A stretch of DNA of 64,000 nt from positions 4,157-68,156 of the forward strand of contig CALVJR010000004.1 of NCBI GenBank assembly GCA_944332295.1, in the 5' to 3' direction. Positions 20,499-29,416 of this stretch are shown piece by piece (the stretch's first letter is position 1; each line of letters opens with the position of its first letter). Source of the DNA: an uncultured Bacilli bacterium. GTDB lineage: Bacteria; Bacillota_I; Bacilli_A; RF39; UBA660. Under the pieces are notes generated by a model, which had not been told where the DNA came from, ran no database searches, and saw nothing but the letters and a program-made list of their open reading frames with translations. Both the position numbers and the translations under genes were made by a program.

Positions 20499-21794
20499 TT
20501 ATTTTTTTATTGTTGTACTATTTTCTGAAATATTAATTTTATTATATTCTTGTATCAATTGATTTAAACTACTATTTTTTAATGGGTAAAATTGATGCTT
20601 TTGCATAAACTCTATTGGCTCTATTCCCATCTTCACTTCTTTTGTTTTAGGATTATAAAAACAGTATAATCTAGCATCACTTGCCTCTTCTGGCTTTATC
20701 GATACTATCATATAATATTCTGATTTTCCATTTTCTTCCCTTGTAATAGTGTGTCTATAGATACTATTCTTTTCCTCATTTCCTCGGAAAATATGTTTTT
20801 TAGCTTCATCCATAAAGTTTTTATTTTCAATATAACCTGTTAAGTTTTTTGTTATCTGTGGTAAAGCAAACATCATATACTTAAATTTATATAGCATCAT
20901 TTCTTTTTGATGCTCCTTTAGGGATGTAGGGTCTATTGTTCCAATAATTTTTGCTCCTTCTCTTTTCTGATTTAAATTCAATTCTGTTCCAATTAAATCT
21001 TGATAGGCTAATCTATAAATTGCCTTTCTTACTTTCTTATCAATATTTTGTGTTTCTATTGCTTTTTTTATTATTTCTCTATTTTTTGTGTAATTGGAAT
21101 CAACTTTTTTCCACTTCTCCAACTTTTCATTTACACTTAACTTATCATTTTTTATTAATTCTAATAATGTTAAATACCTGTCTTGATATCCATCTGATGA
21201 CCTAATGATATGGGTTCCTAATTTATTTATAATTTCTCCACCTAATTTGTCTAGTAATTCTTCTGTATACATTCCACCTGAAAGATTTCCTAATTGTTCA
21301 TTTAAACTTCTAATATATTCCTGTGACATACTGCTAAAACTAGGACCTTTATATCCTACATATTTTTCAGATACACAAAAATGTTTTGGTGAAAATCCAA
21401 GTTGTACTCGATAAAAATCTGGGATTGGATTTATAATATATCTTTTTCCATCATCTGAAGTATATACTAATGCCCAGTGATTTACTTTTACTTCTTCATC
21501 TACGCCCATTTCTATTGCACATACGTTTATTCCTAACTTCTTCCCTTGTTCTTCAAATAAATTTACAGCACTTCTGCATATAACTTCGTTATTTTCAATT
21601 ATTTGATAATTATTCATAATCTCTTTTTTTCGCTCTATATCTGCTTGATAAAAAAACTCCATATTTTTGGATAATACTTTTCCTAGCTCATTATATAAAT
21701 ATAACATTTTTAAGTCTGAGTTCGTAGTTCGTGGAGCATTTCTTATTATTCTTTCACATGAGTCTTCTAATGTTTCATTATCTTTTTCTTTCAT
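20499..21794 (-). CDS. hypothetical protein with transglutaminase-like Cys-His-Asp core
   Basis: ICRSAVNLFEE..LGI ... NHWALVY ... INPIPD follows the C/H/D order and spacing of the transglutaminase-like cysteine peptidase fold. Confidence 0.45.
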   Translation of the reverse strand: MKEKDNETLEDSCERIIRNAPRTTNSDLKMLYLYNELGKVLSKNMEFFYQADIERKKEIMNNYQIIENNEVICRSAVNLFEEQGKKLGINVCAIEMGVDEEVKVNHWALVYTSDDGKRYIINPIPDFYRVQLGFSPKHFCVSEKYVGYKGPSFSSMSQEYIRSLNEQLGNLSGGMYTEELLDKLGGEIINKLGTHIIRSSDGYQDRYLTLLELIKNDKLSVNEKLEKWKKVDSNYTKNREIIKKAIETQNIDKKVRKAIYRLAYQDLIGTELNLNQKREGAKIIGTIDPTSLKEHQKEMMLYKFKYMMFALPQITKNLTGYIENKNFMDEAKKHIFRGNEEKNSIYRHTITREENGKSEYYMIVSIKPEEASDARLYCFYNPKTKEVKMGIEPIEFMQKHQFYPLKNSSLNQLIQEYNKINISENSTTIKK

Positions 21795-22047
21795 ATGATT
21801 CTCTACTATCCTTTTTATCTAAACTTTCTAACTCTATTTTATTTTTTTCTAAAAAAGTAAACACATCCTCTATTGGTTTTAATTCTGTCGTTCCATCTTC
21901 TATTGCTACTGTATAGTATGTTACTAAACCCTGATTATCTGTTTTAGTTGCAATATATTGTTTATTATCATTTTCTCCTTGTATTTCAAATATCTCTATG
22001 TCATTCAGAATTTCTTTGAAAGTCTCCTTATTATTTATCTTTTTCAT
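21778..22047 (-). CDS. small hypothetical protein (89 aa)
   Basis: ORF overlapping the downstream 431-aa gene by 17 nt. No motif recognised. Confidence 0.4.
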   Translation of the reverse strand: MKKINNKETFKEILNDIEIFEIQGENDNKQYIATKTDNQGLVTYYTVAIEDGTTELKPIEDVFTFLEKNKIELESLDKKDSRESYERKR

Positions 22048-22119
22048 ACAACCATTCCTTTTTTTATTTAATATACCATATTCTATTTTTTTCTATATTG
22101 ATAGTTGATTATAATTATT

Positions 22120-23967
22120 TTATTTTTTTATATTTAGTGCTCTCATAGAATTTAGTATGGCTATCACTGATACACCTACATCAGCAAATACCGCTTCCAT
22201 CATATTGGCTATACCTAAAGCTCCCAGGATTAAGAAGAATACTTTGATACCAATAGCAAAGTAAATATTTTGTTTTACAATTCTGATTGTTCTTTGTGAT
22301 AGATTAATTGCCATATTAATTTTAGATATATCATCATCCATAATCACAACATCTGCTGCTTCTATTGCAGCATCACTTCCTAATGCTCCCATGGCAATAC
22401 CAACATCTGCTCTTGTTAATACTGGAGCATCATTCATTCCATCTCCTACGAAAGCAACTTTATTATTTTCTGTTTGATTATTTAAAATCATTTCTAATTT
22501 ATCTACTTTATCTTTTGGTAATAATTCAGAATATACTTTGTCTATTCCTATTTGTTTTGCGATATGGTTTGCTATTTCTTTTTTATCACCGGTAAGCATT
22601 ATTGTTGTTTTAATATGATTATTATTTTTTAGTATATTAATTGTTTCTTTCGCATTTTCTTTTACTTTGTCGGCAATCACGATATATCCCAAACAAACTT
22701 TTTCTTCTGCTACATAGACTATTGTTCCAACTTCATTTGTTTCTTTATAGTCAATCTTATATTCTTCCATCAATTTATTATTTCCAACGTAGACATTTTT
22801 ATTATCAACTTTAGCAACGATTCCTTTTCCAGCAATCTCTTCGATATTTTTTATTCGGGTTTTATCTACTTTTTTCTTACTTTTTTCTTTGATTGCTAAA
22901 GCAATAGGATGTGATGAAAAAACTTCAGCAAAAGATGCGATGTCTAATAATTTTTCTTCATTATCACTTTCTATTTTTACTACTTGAAACTTACCTTCTG
23001 TTAATGTTCCTGTTTTATCAAATACTACTGTTTTTGTGTTTGCTAATGTTTCTAGATAGTTACTTCCTTTAATTAAGATACCTTCTTTTGATGCTCCACC
23101 AATTCCTCCAAAAAAACCTAAGGGAACTGAAATAACTAGTGCACATGGACAAGAAATCACTAAGAAGGTCATCGCTCTTTTTAGGCATTCTAACAACGTT
23201 AACTCTTTTATAAATAATGGAGGTAAGAAGGCAAGAAGTAATGCTAGTATTACAACGATTGGAGTATAATATTTTGCAAATTTAGTTATAAAGTTTTCTG
23301 CTTTTGCTTTTTTATTACTAGCATTTTCTACTAGATCTAATATTTTTGATGCGGTGGACTCTCCAAACTCTTTTGTTACTTTTATTGTTAGTATTCCTGT
23401 TTTGTTGATACAGCCACTTAATATGTTATCTCCGATAGTTACTTTTCTTGGAATAGATTCACCTGTTAAAGCTGAAGTATCTATCATAGAGTCCCCTTTT
23501 TCTATTATTCCATCTAAAGGTACCTTTTCTCCTTGTGTTACTATGATTTTCTGTCCTGATTTGATTTCTTCAGGATCTACTTTTACTATTTTCCCATCTT
23601 TTTCAATATTTGCATAATCTGGTCTAATATCCATTAACTCTGTAATTTGTTTTCTAGACTTTCCCACAGCATAACTTTGAAATAATTCTCCTATTTGATA
23701 TAGTAACATTACTAAAACTGCTTCTAAGTATTCTCCTGTTATTAATGCTCCTATGGTTGCGATACTCATTAAAAAGTTTTCATCAAATACTTCTCCTGCA
23801 AGAATATTTTTTATTGCCTTTATAATTACAGCATACCCTACAATTAAATAGGCTACTATGTATAAAAATAATTTTAGCTCTTCTACTACCGGTAATAATG
23901 CAATCACAAACAATAATAAAATCGTAACAACAATTTTAGTTAATTCCTTTTTTTCTTTTTTTGTCAT
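22120..23967 (-). CDS. heavy-metal (Zn/Cd/Co-type) P1B-type ATPase
   Basis: SCPCALV (CPC), DKTGTLT, SSHPIA and GDGMNDAP. ATG 23967 (MTKKEKK) with AGGTG six nt upstream is preferred over 24018. Confidence 0.9.
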   Translation of the reverse strand: MTKKEKKELTKIVVTILLLFVIALLPVVEELKLFLYIVAYLIVGYAVIIKAIKNILAGEVFDENFLMSIATIGALITGEYLEAVLVMLLYQIGELFQSYAVGKSRKQITELMDIRPDYANIEKDGKIVKVDPEEIKSGQKIIVTQGEKVPLDGIIEKGDSMIDTSALTGESIPRKVTIGDNILSGCINKTGILTIKVTKEFGESTASKILDLVENASNKKAKAENFITKFAKYYTPIVVILALLLAFLPPLFIKELTLLECLKRAMTFLVISCPCALVISVPLGFFGGIGGASKEGILIKGSNYLETLANTKTVVFDKTGTLTEGKFQVVKIESDNEEKLLDIASFAEVFSSHPIALAIKEKSKKKVDKTRIKNIEEIAGKGIVAKVDNKNVYVGNNKLMEEYKIDYKETNEVGTIVYVAEEKVCLGYIVIADKVKENAKETINILKNNNHIKTTIMLTGDKKEIANHIAKQIGIDKVYSELLPKDKVDKLEMILNNQTENNKVAFVGDGMNDAPVLTRADVGIAMGALGSDAAIEAADVVIMDDDISKINMAINLSQRTIRIVKQNIYFAIGIKVFFLILGALGIANMMEAVFADVGVSVIAILNSMRALNIKK

Positions 23968-23975
23968 AGTAACAC

Positions 23976-24197
23976 CTATTCTTCTAAAAGTGTGCAGTCT
24001 GGTTCTACCTTTTTGCATACTTTTTTGATTTCTTTCATAATTGTATCATAGTTTTCTTCTCTTAACTCTAGTTTTATCTTTTGAGTCATAAAATTGACAG
24101 TAGCACTTTCTACTCCTTCTATCTTATTGATAGCACTTTCCATCTTAGCGGCACAATTTGCACAATCTAAGTTTTCTAGCTTTATGATTTTTTTCAT
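23976..24197 (-). CDS. heavy-metal-associated (HMA) domain protein
   Basis: LDCANCAAKME CxxC metal-binding loop in a 73-aa ferredoxin-like protein, ending 8 nt before the ATPase start. Confidence 0.85.
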   Translation of the reverse strand: MKKIIKLENLDCANCAAKMESAINKIEGVESATVNFMTQKIKLELREENYDTIMKEIKKVCKKVEPDCTLLEE

Positions 24198-24213
24198 ACT
24201 TGTCTCCTTTCAT

Positions 24214-24229
24214 TTGAATGGTCGTTCAA
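24214..24229. promoter_or_regulatory. candidate ArsR/SmtB operator half (inverted repeat)
   Basis: TTGAA-TGGTCG-TTCAA in the divergent intergenic region. Confidence 0.4.
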
Positions 24230-24246
24230 TCATCTATTACTATTAT

Positions 24247-24266
24247 ATTTGAATATCTGTTCAAAT
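24247..24266. promoter_or_regulatory. candidate ArsR/SmtB (CzrA-type) operator
   Basis: Perfect 7-6-7 inverted repeat ATTTGAA-TATCTG-TTCAAAT containing the TGAA..TTCA core typical of 12-2-12 ArsR-family operators. A TATAAT lies at 24308..24313. Confidence 0.5.
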
Positions 24267-24331
24267 GTCAATTCTTTTTAATATTTGATTAATTATTTTT
24301 AATCGCTTATAATAGTTCTGAGGTGATACTT

Positions 24332-24682
24332 TTGGAAACTACTAATGAAATTACAATTCATGATACAGATTTTGTTGCACATATCCAACAAAAAATGAAT
24401 TCATATAACACTATTGCGGATTTATCAGACTTTTTTAAAATCATGGGTGATAGTACTAGATTGCAACTTCTTATGGTCTTGGAACATGGAGAATTATGTG
24501 TTAGTGATTTAGCATACTTACTTAATATGTCTATTTCTGCTGTATCGCATCAACTAAAGTCCTTAAGAAACGCGAAACTTGTTAAAATTAGACGGGATGG
24601 AAAAAATATTTTTTACTCTTTAGATGATGAGCATATTAAATCTATTCTAGAAGTATCTTTAGAACATATTTTAGAACGATAA
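24332..24682 (+). CDS. ArsR/SmtB-family metalloregulator, alpha5-site (CzrA/SmtB-like)
   Basis: HTH ELCVSDLAYLLNMSISAVSHQLKSL. The C-terminal DEH-x10-H-x2-E matches the DxHx10Hx2E Zn/Co alpha5 site. The start is uncertain (TTG 24332 or GTG 24323). Confidence 0.85.
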   Translation: METTNEITIHDTDFVAHIQQKMNSYNTIADLSDFFKIMGDSTRLQLLMVLEHGELCVSDLAYLLNMSISAVSHQLKSLRNAKLVKIRRDGKNIFYSLDDEHIKSILEVSLEHILER

Positions 24683-24702
24683 TTTAATTAGGAGGAAAAC
24701 TT

Positions 24703-26766
24703 ATGATTATTAAATCTAGTGCCATCGATCGTTTATTACAACAAAATCCTAATTTAGGTGAAAGACGATTTGGACTTCCAGAAGTAGGTGGAAGAGGAGA
24801 TGGAGAATCTTTTAATCCTACTGTTCAAGAAATTGCAGATGCTATTGAATATTATGGTTTTGATGTTCGTGATAATGATATCACAACAGTGCCTGATATT
24901 GATTTAGGAAGTGGTAATCCTACTAAATATCCACCTTTTCCTATGTCTATTGACGAGATGAAAAAGTCACTGGATTCTTTATCTATGTATAAATATCCTT
25001 ATACTGAAGGTGCTGATGAAATTCGTCAAGTATTATTAGACTATGTAGAAAAAGAAGGGTTTATCAACACTGCACCTTATAATTATTCTGATATTGATGA
25101 TAAGGGTTTATGCGTTCATAATATTACTTTTTTGCCATCTACTTCGATTGCTTTTAATATGATTGTTAGTATTATATCTAAACCAGGGGATGTTGTATTA
25201 GTTACTGGACCTAATTATGGTTTATTTACTATTCGTGCAGAACGTGCTGGGGCTGAAGTAGAAATACTACCTTTATCTAAAGAAGATAACTGGTTGCCTA
25301 ATCCTTTAAAACTCGCTGAAAAAATTGATGAAATCAATGATAGTTTACAAAAAGTTTATCATAGACGTAAAGGATATATTCCTAGAGTAGTTGCTTTTGT
25401 TAATGCTAATCCTAATAATCCTACTGGTAAAGTCATGGGACCAAAACAAGCAGATCTATTAAAAGAAATTGGGGAAGTTTGCCTAAAACGTGGAGTCTTT
25501 ATTATTGATGACTTGGTTTATCGTGATCTAACATTCGATTCTGATAATCTTGCTATGCCTATTGCTACTATTCCTGGAATGTTTCGTAATACCATCTCAT
25601 TATTTGGACTTTCTAAAAGCTATGGAATGGCAAGCCTTAGAGCAGGATTTGTTGTTGCTGATGAAGTGATTATTCGAGAACTTATTAATCGTATTTTCCA
25701 AGGAATGGATTCTGCTCCTGATATTGTGGGTAGAGCTTTAGCTGGTGCTTTTAATATTCGACCTGAAAGAGATGCTATTTATCAAGAATATTTCTCTAAA
25801 TTAAGAAAAATTTATCAAGATAAATATCAATTGCTAAAAGCTTTAGTTGAAGGTATTGATACAATTAATGATGAATCATTAAAATGCTCTATTATTCAAA
25901 AAGTTAAAGATGTTATTTCCGATTCTAAATTACAAAAACAAGTACTAGAAGGACTTCCTTATACTAAATTTCCAGATAATTTGGAACCTGAGTCTGGTTT
26001 CTTTGCTATTTTAGACTTTACTAAAGTTCGTGGTATGAAATATAAAAATATGGTTATTAATACTGAACGTGATTTACTTACTTTCTTTTATCGAACTTAT
26101 CGTACTCGTTTTTTAGTAGGACAATCTATTAGTTGGCCTTATCCAAATGAATTCGTAGGTCGTGTTACTTTTGCTTTGGAAGACGAAAAAATTATTTCTG
26201 CTTTATCGCAGATGAATCAATCTCTTCATTTGTTAGAGTCTGGTGAAGATTATATTATTCGTAAGAACTTAGAAAAAGATCAAGAACAAATGGCACATAT
26301 TAAGATAGATGGATGGCGTACTGCTTATGATAAAATTGTTGCTTCTAAATATTTAAACTCTTTAGACTATGACACTCAAACACAACGTTATTTAAGTAGT
26401 TTTGATGATTATAAAGACTTGGTCTTTGTTGCTGTTCGTGGAGAGGAAGTACTAGGATACTCTTGCTTTATGCCATATGATAAAGATAAGAAATATGACT
26501 CTGAGCTTGTTAGTTTATATATTAAGAAATGTGAATCAGGGCGTGGAATTGGTTCGTCTTTACTTATTGCAACTGCTAAAGAGTTATATTCTTTAGGAAA
26601 AGAAAATATGATTGTTTGGTGTTTTTCTGATAATACTAATGCTATTCATTTTTATGAAGGATTAGGTGGTATTAAAGTAGAAGAGAAGATGGCTCGTATT
26701 GGTGATCAAGAGTATTTAGAATATGGTTTTTATTTTGATTTAGAAAAAGTAGTAAACCAAAATTAA
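24703..26766 (+). CDS. class I/II PLP aminotransferase fused to a C-terminal GNAT acetyltransferase domain
   Basis: NPNNPTG and SKSYGMASLRAG (PLP lysine). The last ~170 aa carry the GNAT loop GRGIGSSLL. Confidence 0.75.
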   Translation: MIIKSSAIDRLLQQNPNLGERRFGLPEVGGRGDGESFNPTVQEIADAIEYYGFDVRDNDITTVPDIDLGSGNPTKYPPFPMSIDEMKKSLDSLSMYKYPYTEGADEIRQVLLDYVEKEGFINTAPYNYSDIDDKGLCVHNITFLPSTSIAFNMIVSIISKPGDVVLVTGPNYGLFTIRAERAGAEVEILPLSKEDNWLPNPLKLAEKIDEINDSLQKVYHRRKGYIPRVVAFVNANPNNPTGKVMGPKQADLLKEIGEVCLKRGVFIIDDLVYRDLTFDSDNLAMPIATIPGMFRNTISLFGLSKSYGMASLRAGFVVADEVIIRELINRIFQGMDSAPDIVGRALAGAFNIRPERDAIYQEYFSKLRKIYQDKYQLLKALVEGIDTINDESLKCSIIQKVKDVISDSKLQKQVLEGLPYTKFPDNLEPESGFFAILDFTKVRGMKYKNMVINTERDLLTFFYRTYRTRFLVGQSISWPYPNEFVGRVTFALEDEKIISALSQMNQSLHLLESGEDYIIRKNLEKDQEQMAHIKIDGWRTAYDKIVASKYLNSLDYDTQTQRYLSSFDDYKDLVFVAVRGEEVLGYSCFMPYDKDKKYDSELVSLYIKKCESGRGIGSSLLIATAKELYSLGKENMIVWCFSDNTNAIHFYEGLGGIKVEEKMARIGDQEYLEYGFYFDLEKVVNQN

Positions 26767-26826
26767 AACTTGTTAGATTTTGATGTTTCCTAAATAGGAT
26801 TTACATCATTTTCTAACAAGTTTTTT
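26765..26826. terminator. long bidirectional hairpin terminator
   Basis: AAAACTTGTTAGA ... TCTAACAAGTTTT with an inner TGATGT/ACATCA stem, between convergent genes. Confidence 0.5.
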
Positions 26827-27355
26827 ATTGTCTGTCTAATGAAAATGTAGCAGAACCTTTCGTTACTACTATACGTGAACAATCATCTGCCATTACATAA
26901 TCTTCTGTATTGTAGTATGGATCTTGATTTCTTGGACCAACAGTATCTTTTTTACCAATTAAACTTATTGTATTGTCATTAATTACATAAACCCCAGTCG
27001 TTCCTGATACTCCACCAAACTCAGCAGAGAAAGTTCCATCTGCGTTTAATGTGTATTTATATGTCTCTGTTGCACTTAGTGCTCCATAGTAAGTTCCGGT
27101 ACATTTTGGTACTGTAGTAGGTTGTGACCCTGTATTGTCAGTAACTGTTTCAGTATTATCCGACTCAACTTCTTCCGCAGAATCTGTTTCATTTTCTGGT
27201 TCTTGTTCTTTTTCGTTTTTAGTTTCTTTTTCCGATGTAGTATTGGTATTGCTATCAGTCGTAGCAAAGACTTTATCATATACTATAAATCCTCCTAATC
27301 CTACAACTAATATAGATAATACTACAATCGCTCCTATTAACCCTTTCTTTCCCAT
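26825..27355 (-). CDS. membrane-anchored hypothetical protein with acidic low-complexity linker
   Basis: N-terminal TM GLIGAIVVLSILVVGLGGFIV and a T/E/N-rich linker. Confidence 0.5.
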   Translation of the reverse strand: MGKKGLIGAIVVLSILVVGLGGFIVYDKVFATTDSNTNTTSEKETKNEKEQEPENETDSAEEVESDNTETVTDNTGSQPTTVPKCTGTYYGALSATETYKYTLNADGTFSAEFGGVSGTTGVYVINDNTISLIGKKDTVGPRNQDPYYNTEDYVMADDCSRIVVTKGSATFSLDRQ

Positions 27356-27528
27356 ATACTCCTCCTTTTTGTTTTTATTATAACATCAATTTTTCCGTTT
27401 TACCGTTTTTTAGATTTTTTTATTTTTACAATGTAAAGTCTGTCCTGAGATTTTAATATCTATATTCTAATTTATCTTGCCTTTTTACTAATTATACAGT
27501 ATGCTAAAGGCAGGAAGGAGTAGTTGAG

Positions 27529-27981
27529 GTGAAAATTTTAAAATTACTGGGTGTTGTTTCTATTTTCTGTCTTCTTTTATCTGGGTGTGGAAATGAACAA
27601 GTTCTTTCTTGTTCTATGATTCAAGAACAAAGTGGTGCTACGATGGAACAAGTTTTTGATGTTACTTTTAAGAAAGAGGAAGTTTCTAATGTAAAAATGG
27701 CGATTAATACTAAAGTAACTGATGAAGTTTCTGATAGTGACTGGGATTCTTTAGTAGATTTACTTGATGAACAATACGCTACAGTTAATAAAAATGGCTT
27801 TCAGATAACAAAGGAAAATAATAAGAAAGAACGTTCTTATAATATTACCATTGATGTAGATGTTAATAAAGCAAAAAAAGAAGATTTGGCTGAGTATGAT
27901 TTAGAGAGTTTATCTGGTGCTCAAGGGACATATGATGAGATAAAAGAACAAATGGAAAAAAGTGGTCTTACTTGTAAATAG
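27529..27981 (+). CDS. lipoprotein (YehR/DUF1307-like)
   Basis: Signal peptide with lipobox LLSGC. GTG start after AAGGAG. Confidence 0.6.
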   Translation: MKILKLLGVVSIFCLLLSGCGNEQVLSCSMIQEQSGATMEQVFDVTFKKEEVSNVKMAINTKVTDEVSDSDWDSLVDLLDEQYATVNKNGFQITKENNKKERSYNITIDVDVNKAKKEDLAEYDLESLSGAQGTYDEIKEQMEKSGLTCK

Positions 27982-27993
27982 TAAGCCACTTTT

Positions 27994-28422
27994 TTATACA
28001 TATCTATCCGAAGATATTACTTCAATTCCATTTTTCTTTAATAGCTCTGCTGTTATGCCATCTCTTTTTGTTAATGTATGAGAGAATGTTCCATCATAAA
28101 TCTCTCCCGTTCCACAAGATGGACTACGGGATTTTAAAATTGCTTTTTTAATATTTAATTTTTTTGCTAATTTTAATACTTCTTCAGCACCTTTTTGATA
28201 CTCTTTTGTTACATCTACTCCATCTTTTGTTATTACTTTTTCTTGTTTTCTTTCTGCACTAGTTCTAGGTGTTTTCAATCCACCCAATTGTTCTGGACAA
28301 ATTGGTACTAGGTCTTTTTCTTTCATTAACTCTATCAATTTTGGATTTTCATTGTTTTCTCCGTTATACTTGCAATTTAACCCTACTAAACATGCACTAA
28401 TTAATATTTTTTCTTTTGCCAT
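27994..28422 (-). CDS. DUF523 (TudS-like) family protein
   Basis: ISACLVGLNCKYNG and SPSCG cysteine motifs are typical of DUF523. Confidence 0.65.
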   Translation of the reverse strand: MAKEKILISACLVGLNCKYNGENNENPKLIELMKEKDLVPICPEQLGGLKTPRTSAERKQEKVITKDGVDVTKEYQKGAEEVLKLAKKLNIKKAILKSRSPSCGTGEIYDGTFSHTLTKRDGITAELLKKNGIEVISSDRYV

Positions 28423-28464
28423 TTTTTCTCATCCTTTACTACATTTATAGTATAACATATACCT

Positions 28465-29400
28465 TTATCTATTTTCTATGGCATATAATATAATTTCTGT
28501 TGGGAAAAGTTCTCTGCCGTAGCAACGTAGAAAAAAATTATAATTTGGATTAATGTCATCGACTAATCTCGGTATCTTCCATAGGTCTTCATGATTATGA
28601 TATACGGAAAGTAACAGTTTTGGTGTAGTATTTCTGATATGATTTTGACATCCGATTAATGCTTTTGCTTCAGAACCTTCAATATCCATTTTTATCATAC
28701 TAACATTTTCTACAATATCTGTATCAATACTTATTCCATCTAAAATCTCTTCTCCTATTGTAGAGATTTGATTGGCTGATGAACCTTCTTCATTAATACT
28801 CATATATACTTTTTGTGGTCTATCTAGGACCGCTTTTTTTCTGATTTCTATATCATGATAGTATCTAGTATTATTTTTTAAAACCTCAATACTTTCTGGA
28901 GTAATTTCATAAGCATATATTTTTTCATAATTATTTATGCCATAGTTATCTACATAAGTTAAAATACTGTCTCCTACATAAGAACCAATATCTACTATTA
29001 CTTCCTCTTTCGTTGGTTTTATGATATCTAAGTCCCAGTATTGATTATAGTTTGCTTCTAGGGATGTTTTTGTTGTTATCGTATCAAAATGATACCAGTT
29101 ATTTAATATGGCATATAATAGTTTTTTTGAACGATAATCTTTTAATTTAGTATATAACCATTCATAATCTTCTACATGTTCTTTTAGAGAAATAGCCCTA
29201 TTGTAGAGTGATTCATATTCTCCATTACTTTCTTTTAACTTTCCCCAGTAACTAAATGTTTGAAAGTAGTTTTCTAAGGCTATTTTTACTTCAGGAGATT
29301 GCTTTATATAAGTATCTTTAATCTCTAGAAAAATCTCCTCCTTACTTTTTCTTTTTAAATCTGAAATTAACTCTTGAAATTTTTCATCTATTTTATTCAT
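28465..29400 (-). CDS. FkbM-family methyltransferase
   Basis: SAM motif VVDIGSYVGDS and the MDIEGSE motif typical of FkbM-type methyltransferases. Confidence 0.6.
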   Translation of the reverse strand: MNKIDEKFQELISDLKRKSKEEIFLEIKDTYIKQSPEVKIALENYFQTFSYWGKLKESNGEYESLYNRAISLKEHVEDYEWLYTKLKDYRSKKLLYAILNNWYHFDTITTKTSLEANYNQYWDLDIIKPTKEEVIVDIGSYVGDSILTYVDNYGINNYEKIYAYEITPESIEVLKNNTRYYHDIEIRKKAVLDRPQKVYMSINEEGSSANQISTIGEEILDGISIDTDIVENVSMIKMDIEGSEAKALIGCQNHIRNTTPKLLLSVYHNHEDLWKIPRLVDDINPNYNFFLRCYGRELFPTEIILYAIENR

Positions 29401-29416
29401 AGGCTCTCCTTTTCTT

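Noticed and set aside
23967-24197. Possibility that the HMA domain and the P1B ATPase are one frameshifted gene.
   Set aside because: The HMA ORF ends with a clean TAG, and the ATPase has its own AGGTG RBS and an ATG 8 nt later. Split HMA/ATPase pairs are a normal arrangement.
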